Origin: an uncultured virus (IMG/VR IMGVR_UViG_3300027782_000075)
Lineage: Duplodnaviria; Heunggongvirae; Uroviricota; Caudoviricetes
Length of the DNA stretch: 64,000 nt
Virus record (IMG/VR): IMGVR_UViG_3300027782_000075
Reading direction: 5' to 3' (one strand)
Under the pieces are notes generated by a model. The model was not told the origin of the DNA. It was given only the letters and a program-made list of their open reading frames with translations, and did no database searches. Shown one piece after another: positions 28,720 through 35,185 of this stretch. A program made the position numbers and the translations under genes. Each line of letters begins with the position of its first letter. Position 1 is the stretch's first letter.

Positions 28720-29370
28720 ATGGTGGAAACAACAATTATCAACGAAGATTTTAGAAACTGCGACATACCAACAGGATTAACAATAACCGACCCACCTTAT
28801 AATCAAGAATATTCATACAACGAATACAAAGACAAGTTAACTGAACAGGATTATATTGAGTTATTATCCAAAATCCCAACTCCTTGTGTCATTATTCATT
28901 ACCCAGAAGAAACAATCAACTTGTTACCAAAGGCAATAAATGATAAATGTGAACAGGTTGTTTGTTGGGTGTATAACTCCAACACAGGGAAACAAAGTCG
29001 ATTGATATCATGGTGGGGTTGTAAGCCGGACTTCAGGAAAGTCAGACAGGAATATAAAAATCTCAAAGACAAACGTATTCAAAAAAGAATTGCTGAAGGA
29101 AAGACTGGTGCCAAACTTTATGATTGGTGGGAAATTAATCAGGTAAAGAATGTCAGCAAAGAAAAAACCGAACACCCTTGTCAAATTCCTGAGGAAGTAA
29201 TCCGAAGAATTATTTTGACAACCGCACAACCAAATCAAACAATTATTGATGTGTTCGGTGGAAGTGGGACGACAAGTAAGGTAGCTCAAGAGTTGGGATT
29301 CAACTCAATTAGTTATGAAATCGATGAGAAGTATTGTGAAATTATGAAACATCGGGTTGAAAGTATCTGA
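28720..29370 (+). CDS. DNA methyltransferase (N6-A/N4-C, beta-type)
   Basis: TDPPY precedes HPCQIP and DVFGGSGTT. Confidence 0.9.
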   Translation: MVETTIINEDFRNCDIPTGLTITDPPYNQEYSYNEYKDKLTEQDYIELLSKIPTPCVIIHYPEETINLLPKAINDKCEQVVCWVYNSNTGKQSRLISWWGCKPDFRKVRQEYKNLKDKRIQKRIAEGKTGAKLYDWWEINQVKNVSKEKTEHPCQIPEEVIRRIILTTAQPNQTIIDVFGGSGTTSKVAQELGFNSISYEIDEKYCEIMKHRVESI

Positions 29371-29379
29371 AACTTTCAT

Positions 29380-29387
29380 TATATTTG
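29380..29387 (+). promoter_or_regulatory. Bacteroidota sigma-A -7 element TAnnTTTG (also at 26253, 30299, 30664, 33799, and 39081 on minus)
   Basis: Motif recurs upstream of RNA genes and early-type genes. Confidence 0.65.
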
Positions 29388-29396
29388 TAGAATAAT

Positions 29397-29717
29397 GTCC
29401 GGGTGATGAAATCGGTAGACATGCAAGACTTTAGAGGTAGACATGAATACTTTTATTAAAGTATTAAAGTTTACAAAATTGAGTGCCTGAGGGGAAACCT
29501 TCAGAGTAGAATTCCTCAAATTCGGTGAACCTTTTGAAATGGGAATACCGAGCGAAGCCCGAGAGGGAACGTGTAGAGACTAGACGGGGAACACCTAAAT
29601 CGAGAGATATGGTGAAGGTATAGTCCAGACCACAAACCGTGAGGGTAGTGAAAACTATAGTGGTAAGAAAATCTTGTGGCTTAGGCCGTGCGGGTTCAAG
29701 TCCCGCCCCGGATACCA
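29397..29717 (+). tRNA. trnL: tRNA-Leu(TAA) split by a group I intron (exons 29397-29431 and 29668-29717)
   Basis: Joined exons give CAAGA-CT T^AA AA-TCTTG, a Leu-type variable arm, T-arm and CCA. Confidence 0.9.
29432..29667 (+). mobile_element. Group I self-splicing intron (trnL-UAA type), no ORF
   Basis: P AAATTCGGTGAA, Q AATACCGAGC, R GTGTAGAGACTAGACGGG, S GAAGGTATAGTCC. Exon ends in U and intron ends in G. Confidence 0.9.
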
Positions 29718-29753
29718 AACACTATCGTTCTTTGGAATAAAGGAGAAAATTAT

Positions 29754-30005
29754 ATGGATTTAGTATCATTTATTTTAGGAATGTCTATAGTTGTGGTCAT
29801 TGCTGTGGCAGTGGTTGCGGTTATTGCTTTTGTTAGAGTGAATAAACAGAAGGAAGAAATTAAACAAATAAATCAGTTTCTCGCAAGAGAAATTGAAAAT
29901 CAAATGAGAGATCGTGATAGAATTATTGACGATATTTATCGAACAATCGATTCACGACTTGATAAACTTGAAAGTAGATTGAACGCCGCAAGGCATAAAG
30001 ATTAA
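29754..30005 (+). CDS. N-terminal TM coiled-coil protein
   Basis: Start at MDLVS with AAGGAG upstream; enclosed by a long inverted repeat. Confidence 0.65.
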   Translation: MDLVSFILGMSIVVVIAVAVVAVIAFVRVNKQKEEIKQINQFLAREIENQMRDRDRIIDDIYRTIDSRLDKLESRLNAARHKD

Positions 30006-30043
30006 ATAAAAACTTTCAAAGACGATAGTGTTATTCACATATT

Positions 30044-30205
30044 ATGTTCGGATTATTCAAGAAAAAAACAGAAAAAGAAAAATTACAGGAAACTTATGAG
30101 AAAATGATGGCAGATGCTTATAAATTATCTCATACAAACAGAACCGCATCTGACAAACTTCTGGCTGAAGCCGAAGAACTTGCGAAAAAAATATACGGTC
30201 AGTAA
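30044..30205 (+). CDS. Lacal_2735-family-like small protein (53 aa; not in ORF track)
   Basis: MFGLFKKKTEKEKLQETYEKMMADAYKLSHTNRTASDKLLAEAEELAKKIYGQ resembles the flavobacterial family from memory. Confidence 0.7.
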   Translation: MFGLFKKKTEKEKLQETYEKMMADAYKLSHTNRTASDKLLAEAEELAKKIYGQ

Positions 30206-30210
30206 TATTT

Positions 30211-30285
30211 GTCCCCGTAGCTCAGCTGGATAGTAGCGATTGCCTTCTAAGCAATAGGTCACACGTTCGAATCGTGTCGGGGATA
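30211..30285 (+). tRNA. tRNA-Arg(TCT)
   Basis: ATTGC-CTTCTAA-GCAAT; full cloverleaf. Confidence 0.92.
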
Positions 30286-30310
30286 CAAAATATTTCAGTA
30301 TATTTGTATT

Positions 30311-30399
30311 GTGATTGAGGAGCACGATTTAGATACACAAGCTCAATTACAAACTGGGTGACACGGGAACGATTCAGATACTAGTGTTACCCTTTTTTT
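30311..30399 (+). ncRNA. Candidate ~90-nt small RNA of two hairpins with shared ACGATTYAGATAC loop
   Basis: Own TATATTTG promoter; the second hairpin is followed by a U tract. Confidence 0.55.
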
Positions 30400-30468
30400 A
30401 TTAGATATCAGAATAAATAATTTTACAAAATAAAAATATTTCATACATTAGAAGTACTTATCAATACA

Positions 30469-30558
30469 ATGAGAACTACAAGTCAACATATTAACAGTAA
30501 TAGTCAACAAGAGAATTGTTGTTATGAAAGTATTTGCCCTGTAGTTCGGATGTCATAG
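30469..30558 (+). CDS. Putative attenuator leader peptide (29 aa)
   Basis: MRTTSQHINSNSQQENCCYESICPVVRMS*, overlapping alternative pairing segments. Confidence 0.55.
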   Translation: MRTTSQHINSNSQQENCCYESICPVVRMS

Positions 30559-30594
30559 AAAGTAATTTTTTAATTTAAGTTAAATTAAATTTTT

Positions 30595-30631
30595 AGACCC
30601 CGAACTCTTAAAAAAAGTTTGGGGTTTTTTT
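30595..30631 (+). terminator. Intrinsic terminator (attenuator 3:4 hairpin)
   Basis: AGACCCCGAACT/AGTTTGGGGTTT plus T run. Confidence 0.75.
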
Positions 30632-30683
30632 ATGACATGTTTTTGTTCTTTGAAATATTGTAGTATCTTTGTAAGACAAACAT

Positions 30684-30757
30684 GCTCCGGTCGTCTAATT
30701 GGTTAGGACATCCCCCTTTCACGGGGAAGCTTACGGGTTCGAGTCCCGTCCGGAGTA
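30684..30757 (+). tRNA. tRNA-Glu(TTC)
   Basis: TCCCC-CTTTCAC-GGGGA; cloverleaf. Confidence 0.92.
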
Positions 30758-30882
30758 CTGACACGAGAGGCAACCGAAGGCATACTAGACACTGTTTAGG
30801 CAATGGGAACGATCACACAGAATACCTCTCTCTCGTAGGTAAGTTTCAAGTTCTGTTGACTGTGGGGAAAGTCCCACTCTAT

Positions 30883-30971
30883 AGTCAGGTGGTGTAATGG
30901 TAGCACTCGGTGAAGTAGACGCAGTAATGTAGTCCCAATCCGTAGTACAGGTTCGAATCCTGTTCTTACTA
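30883..30971 (+). ncRNA. tRNA-like RNA 1 (AGTCAGG family), no canonical anticodon arm
   Basis: D-arm, T-arm ACAGG-TTCGAAT-CCTGT and acceptor-like stem; central arm ~35 nt. Confidence 0.6.
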
Positions 30972-30985
30972 CAAATAAAAAATAT

Positions 30986-31120
30986 ATGAAATGGATTATT
31001 AGACAATTTGGAAACGTATGGTGTTTATTTGTACATGGCTTTGTTTTAGATAAACACAAAATGCATAAAGCATATGGACCACAAGAATGTCAAAAATGTG
31101 GTAGGTGGTGGGATTTATAA
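30986..31120 (+). CDS. Small putative zinc-binding protein (44 aa; not in ORF track)
   Basis: MKWIIRQFGNVWCLFVHG...ECQKCGRWWDL*. Confidence 0.5.
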   Translation: MKWIIRQFGNVWCLFVHGFVLDKHKMHKAYGPQECQKCGRWWDL

Positions 31121-31127
31121 TAGTCAG

Positions 31128-31352
31128 GTGAAAAAATTAAAAGTTGTGGAAAAAGAAATAAGTAAAGAAACTGATGAGTTTATTGATAAATTAGACCATC
31201 TGTGTTGGGAACATGGCTTTGAAATTTGGCCAACTGACACTATTAACAAAAGAAATGAAGACGGCTCATATCCCACCTTTACTATTCATAATATAGGTAG
31301 TGGTGAAACAGTAAGATTGATATATGTCGATGGTGACGGAAGAGGTAAATAA
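31128..31352 (+). CDS. Hypothetical protein
   Basis: Likely GTG start inside an AGTCAGGTG copy. Confidence 0.45.
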   Translation: MKKLKVVEKEISKETDEFIDKLDHLCWEHGFEIWPTDTINKRNEDGSYPTFTIHNIGSGETVRLIYVDGDGRGK

Positions 31353-31359
31353 TTAGGCT

Positions 31360-31468
31360 AGTCAGGTGGCGGAATTGGTAGACGCTAGGGAGTTGGTACA
31401 AAAACTCTATCAGATGCATTGATAATGTACCTCATACATCATACAGGTTCGAATCCGGTTCTAACTAC
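31360..31468 (+). ncRNA. tRNA-like RNA 2 (AGTCAGG family) with extra central hairpins
   Basis: Leu-like D-arm GCGGAATTGGTAGACGC and GGTTCGAATCC. Confidence 0.6.
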
Positions 31469-31538
31469 GCAAAAAACAAATAAGATGGAGTTTCTTTACC
31501 CTTTCGAGGATGAGTTTTAGAAATCTAAATTATTATAT

Positions 31539-31610
31539 GGTGGCCGTAGCCTAGTGGGAGGGCGGAAGTTTGTGGCACTTCAGGTAAGAGTTCGATTCTC
31601 TTCGGTCACA
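31539..31610 (+). tRNA. tRNA-His(GTG)
   Basis: GAAGT-TTGTGGC-ACTTC; encoded G-1; A at position 73. Confidence 0.85.
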
Positions 31611-31614
31611 CAAC

Positions 31615-31682
31615 AGTCAGGTGGTGTAAATGGCAGCACACAGTAGTTAACTGAGGAGCGGGTTAGAAACCCGTCCTGACAC
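31615..31682 (+). ncRNA. tRNA-like RNA 3 (AGTCAGG family), shortened anticodon arm
   Basis: GTCAGG/CCTGAC stem, D-arm, CAG-TAGTTAA-CTG arm, T-loop TTAGAAA. Confidence 0.55.
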
Positions 31683-31691
31683 CTTATCAAT

Positions 31692-31765
31692 GGTCAGATA
31701 CCCAAGTGGCTTAAGGGGCTTGTCTGCAAAACAAGTATCCATCGGTTCGAATCCGATTCTGACCT
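31692..31765 (+). tRNA. tRNA-Cys(GCA)
   Basis: CTTGT-CTGCAAA-ACAAG; U73. Confidence 0.92.
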
Positions 31766-31783
31766 CATTTAATTAATTAAAAT

Positions 31784-32200
31784 ATGAAAATTGTAATTGT
31801 AAGCGGTTATTTTAATCCTGTTCATAAGGGACATATTGAATATTTCAATAAGTCCAAAGAACATGGTGATAAACTCTATGTTATCGTCAATAACGACAAA
31901 CAGAGAGAGTTGAAAGGTAGTAAAGAATTCCAAGATGAAGATGAAAGAATGTTCATCATCCAAAACCTTAAAATGGTTGATAGAGTATTTCTTTCAGTTG
32001 ACACAGATCGAACTGTGTGTAAGACAATCGAATTGATCCATTCTTTTGGGGATAGGGACGACGAATTCTTATTTGCCAATGGTGGGGACCAAAACAATAA
32101 TAGCATCCCTGAGACACCTATTTGTGATTGGTTGGGGGTTAAATTGATTGATGGACTTGGAGATAAAATCCAATCTTCATCTTGGTTGTTGAAGAAGTAA
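31784..32200 (+). CDS. Cytidylyltransferase-family (HxGH) nucleotidyltransferase
   Basis: Motifs SGYFNPVHKGH, VIVNND, FANGGD and KIQSSS. Confidence 0.85.
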   Translation: MKIVIVSGYFNPVHKGHIEYFNKSKEHGDKLYVIVNNDKQRELKGSKEFQDEDERMFIIQNLKMVDRVFLSVDTDRTVCKTIELIHSFGDRDDEFLFANGGDQNNNSIPETPICDWLGVKLIDGLGDKIQSSSWLLKK

Positions 32201-32271
32201 ACATCTATGGTGAAATGGCATCATACCGGATTCCAAACCCGTTGTTCCAAGTTCGAGTCTTGGTGGGTGTG
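32201..32271 (+). tRNA. tRNA-Trp(CCA), weak anticodon stem
   Basis: Acceptor ACATCTA/TGGGTGT; loop TT-CCA-AA; T-arm intact. Confidence 0.7.
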
Positions 32272-32282
32272 CAAAATGTAAA

Positions 32283-32487
32283 CTTCAGTACCCACACAGC
32301 AGTGGAGATGGGCTAAGTTAGATACGATTCCTCGTAGCTGGGAGTAGAATGCTGAAGAACATTTATAGGTTGATTGGGGAAGGAATGTATGTTAACCTGA
32401 TGATGGAGGTGGTACATTTGGAGTTTGGAATCATCGTAGTAATGCCAATCGTAAAAGGAGATGTCCACTGAACCATCTTCTCCTTTT
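32283..32487 (+). ncRNA. Candidate structured RNA(s)
   Basis: Stems CTTCAGTA/TGCTGAAG and GATTGG/CCAATC, a possible GATGAT/ATCATC pseudoknot, and a terminal hairpin. Confidence 0.4.
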
Positions 32488-32562
32488 CCTAATCTTTCAA
32501 AAAAAAATAAATAATTTTTTATTTTGATAGAAAAGTTTTATCTTTGTCTAAAATAATAAATT

Positions 32563-32991
32563 ATGACCATTTCTGAGACACAAAAAAATAAATTTTATGA
32601 GTTAGGGAATACATTACCAAAATGTGTAAATCCTGGATGTGAAAATGATGTTGCAGTCAGAAACTGGGGAAATTGGTCATTCAAATCAGAATGTTCTCGG
32701 TGTCAATCAGACAGAAAAAAGGGATTAATAAGGGAGGGTATCACAATTCATAAAAAAGAATATTGTGAAAATATTGACGGTCATTTAGGATTCAAATGCC
32801 CTGTTCCCACAAAAGAAAGTTGGAAAGGGTTTGAAATAGGATGTTTAGATTTGGACCACATAAATGGAGACCATAATAATAATTCAATTGAAAATGTTAA
32901 AACATATTGTAAATTGTGCCATAATAAAAAGAGCGTCGAAAGCGGCGATTGTTCTAATAAAAAAAAATCCGCAAGAATTTTTAATCACTAA
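32563..32991 (+). CDS. HNH endonuclease
   Basis: LDLDHINGDHNNN..ENVKTYCKLCH with N-terminal Cys pairs. Confidence 0.8.
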   Translation: MTISETQKNKFYELGNTLPKCVNPGCENDVAVRNWGNWSFKSECSRCQSDRKKGLIREGITIHKKEYCENIDGHLGFKCPVPTKESWKGFEIGCLDLDHINGDHNNNSIENVKTYCKLCHNKKSVESGDCSNKKKSARIFNH

Positions 32992-33788
32992 TGGAACAAA
33001 AAATTATTCATGAAGATTGTATTCAGGGGCTTAAAAAAATAAAAAATGAGATTATAAATCTAACATGGACATCACCACCATATTATAACGCTAAATCATA
33101 TAGTGAATGGCCAACATATCAAGACTATCTTGATTTCTTAAAAGATGTTTTCTCTGAAGTTTTTAGAGTTACTTTGCCAGGTAGAATGTGTATTGTGAAT
33201 CTTTCACCTGTAATTGTTCAAAGAGAATCTAGATCACATGAAAGTAAAAGATTGGCAATCCCTTTTCATTTTTTCACAATTATGGAATCTTTGGGTTGGA
33301 AATATATTGATGATATTGTTTGGGTTAAACCCGAAGGTTCTGCCATAAATAGAAACGGGGGGTTTTATCAACATCGTAAACCTGTTGCGTATAAACCTAA
33401 TTTAGTATCTGAAACTATTTTTGTATTTCAAAAACCAGCGAATTTTTTGATAGACAAAATTGTTAGGTCATATAATGGTGAAGATTTGGAAAAATCATTA
33501 GTTAAAGGTCACTATGAAAGGAGTAATGTTTGGTTAATCAACCCTGAAACAAAATCAAAACATTTAGCTCCATACCCTGAAAAACTATCGGATAATATAA
33601 TCCAATATTATTCTTTCTACGGAGATATTGTTTTAGACCCTTTTTTGGGATCAGGAACAACTTTACTTTCCTGTGAAAAATATGGTAGGAATGGTATTGG
33701 TTATGAAATTCATAAGGAATATGTGGAAATGTCTGAAAAAAGAATAGAAGAATATAGAAAGAACAATAATCAACAAGAATTATTTTAA
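32991..33788 (+). CDS. DNA methyltransferase (N4-C type, beta)
   Basis: Motifs TSPPY, HLAPYP and LDPFLGSGTT. Confidence 0.92.
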   Translation: MEQKIIHEDCIQGLKKIKNEIINLTWTSPPYYNAKSYSEWPTYQDYLDFLKDVFSEVFRVTLPGRMCIVNLSPVIVQRESRSHESKRLAIPFHFFTIMESLGWKYIDDIVWVKPEGSAINRNGGFYQHRKPVAYKPNLVSETIFVFQKPANFLIDKIVRSYNGEDLEKSLVKGHYERSNVWLINPETKSKHLAPYPEKLSDNIIQYYSFYGDIVLDPFLGSGTTLLSCEKYGRNGIGYEIHKEYVEMSEKRIEEYRKNNNQQELF

Positions 33789-33815
33789 GAAAACTTACTA
33801 TCTTTGTCGCGATTT

Positions 33816-33850
33816 GGACTCTACAGCAGGTTCGAGTCCTATCGGTCCCA
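33816..33850 (+). pseudogene. Mini tRNA remnant (acceptor plus T-arm only)
   Basis: GGACT...AGGTTCGAGTCCT...GGTCC behind a TATCTTTG promoter. Confidence 0.45.
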
Positions 33851-33851
33851 C

Positions 33852-33932
33852 AAGACAGACACACGCTTCCCACGGTGTTAAAGTACAAGGATAATGAAGA
33901 GAATAATACGTCTCCTAAGGTCTGTCTAAACT
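33852..33932 (+). repeat. 81-nt structured element, copy 1
   Basis: Identical to 35105-35185; closed by AGACAGAC/GTCTGTCT. Confidence 0.9.
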
Positions 33933-34002
33933 GTCTCATGGTGTAACGGTAGCACAAGTCACTTTGGTTGACTTAGTTCAGGTTCGAATCCTGATGAGAT
34001 AT
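33932..34002 (+). tRNA. tRNA-Gln(TTG)
   Basis: AGTCA-CTTTGGT-TGACT; cloverleaf. Confidence 0.9.
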
Positions 34003-34007
34003 CAAGT

Positions 34008-34056
34008 TATTCATGTTCCAAAACATGAAAAAACAGTAAGTTTTGGAACATGAATA
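34008..34056. repeat. Perfect 17-bp inverted repeat between tRNAs
   Basis: TATTCATGTTCCAAAAC / GTTTTGGAACATGAATA. Confidence 0.8.
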
Positions 34057-34140
34057 GAGAATTGCCTGAGTGGTTAAAGGAGCAGATTGCTAATCTGTCA
34101 TCTCGAAAGGGATGCATTGGTTCGAATCCAATATTCTCTG
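34056..34140 (+). tRNA. tRNA-Ser(GCT)
   Basis: GCAGA-TTGCTAA-TCTGT, long variable arm, G73. Confidence 0.9.
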
Positions 34141-34145
34141 CATTT

Positions 34146-34288
34146 TGTAAGGTGTTGAAATTGGCAGACAATCCCCGCCTGTCTCGTGGGGGAGGATCAT
34201 CTGATAAACGAAGGATAATGGGTTGACCACAATCATGTAATGTCCTTTGGCTAAAGACCTCGTGGTGGTTCGAATCCATCTCTTACAG
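34146..34288 (+). tRNA. tRNA-Asp(GTC)-like RNA with ~70-nt variable-region expansion
   Basis: Acceptor TGTAAGG/TCTTACA, G73, CCCCGC-CTGTCTC-GTGGGG, T-arm GGTGG-TTCGAAT-CCATC. Confidence 0.65.
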
Positions 34289-34297
34289 CATAAAAAA

Positions 34298-34371
34298 GCG
34301 GGTATAGCTCAATTGGCTAGAGTGCCGTCCTTCCAAGTCGGAAGTTGTGAGTTCGAATCTCACTACCCGCT
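34298..34371 (+). tRNA. tRNA-Gly(TCC)
   Basis: GCGGGTA/TACCCGC; CT-TCC-AA; U73. Confidence 0.92.
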
Positions 34372-34387
34372 CTTTTACTTACAATAA

Positions 34388-34461
34388 TGGAATATAGCTC
34401 AGTTGGTTAGAGCGCTATCCTGATACGGTAGATGTCGGTGGTTCGAGTCCACCTATTCCAA
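34388..34461 (+). tRNA. tRNA-Ile(GAT)
   Basis: CTATC-CTGATAC-GGTAG; cloverleaf. Confidence 0.9.
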
Positions 34462-34462
34462 C

Positions 34463-34798
34463 ATGGAAAATGTAATCAAGAAAAATAAAAACAAGGTAAA
34501 ACTTGAGAAGATTGTAAAGGAGTATAATGATGCAAGTTCTTATGAAATTTGGGAGGGTGTCCGAGATAATTTTATCTTTGGATTCATCGCGGCAACCTTG
34601 GTTGTTTTTATCGCAACTCAGACTGATTTGGCGGTTTTAATAGGTTATTTGACTTATTATTTCTTTATGGGTAAAATTGTTAATAGACCTAAATATGTTA
34701 CAGATTTGGGTAAGTTAATTGTATTTCCAATACCCTCGGCTCTCGGTGCTTTTGCGGGGTATAAACTTTCATATTACTTTTTACAATATTTAAGTTAA
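34463..34798 (+). CDS. Membrane protein
   Basis: Three hydrophobic segments. Confidence 0.65.
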   Translation: MENVIKKNKNKVKLEKIVKEYNDASSYEIWEGVRDNFIFGFIAATLVVFIATQTDLAVLIGYLTYYFFMGKIVNRPKYVTDLGKLIVFPIPSALGAFAGYKLSYYFLQYLS

Positions 34799-34896
34799 AA
34801 AAAAGGTTTGAAAAAAAACTAAATTATTTGACTCTTCCGTGAAAATTCAATATATTTATAGTTCGTAAATTAAATTAAAAACAAAAAACAAAAAAA

Positions 34897-35088
34897 ATGA
34901 AAAAAATTTTAGTAGTATTCACAATCCTTTCTACAATCGTTCTTGCTTCTTGTGGAGGTAAGGGTGTTTCAACTGAAGGAACTGATTCTGTATCAGTAGA
35001 TTCAACTGAAGTAGCTGTTGACACAGTTGCTGTTGAAGTTGTAGATAGCGTTGAGGTTGAAGCCGATCTAGTTGAGGCTGTAAAGTAA
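34897..35088 (+). CDS. Small acidic lipoprotein
   Basis: Lipobox LASC; VDS/T repeats. Confidence 0.7.
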   Translation: MKKILVVFTILSTIVLASCGGKGVSTEGTDSVSVDSTEVAVDTVAVEVVDSVEVEADLVEAVK

Positions 35089-35104
35089 TTTTACCACAAC
35101 AAAA

Positions 35105-35185
35105 AAGACAGACACACGCTTCCCACGGTGTTAAAGTACAAGGATAATGAAGAGAATAATACGTCTCCTAAGGTCTGTCTAAACT
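35105..35185 (+). repeat. 81-nt structured element, copy 2
   Basis: Identical to 33852-33932. Confidence 0.9.

Noticed and set aside
29464..29718. ORFs overlapping RNA genes (also 26194-26409, 30125-30325, 30682-30897, 33538-33957, 34007-34279, 38636-39015)
   Set aside because: They are shadow frames over tRNA, intron or tmRNA sequences.
32310..32357. HDV-like ribozyme around TTCCTCGT
   Set aside because: L3 and P1 lengths do not fit, and no consistent P2 was found.
32397..32440. Hammerhead ribozyme (CTGATGA present)
   Set aside because: No GAAA core element or stem II/III arrangement follows.
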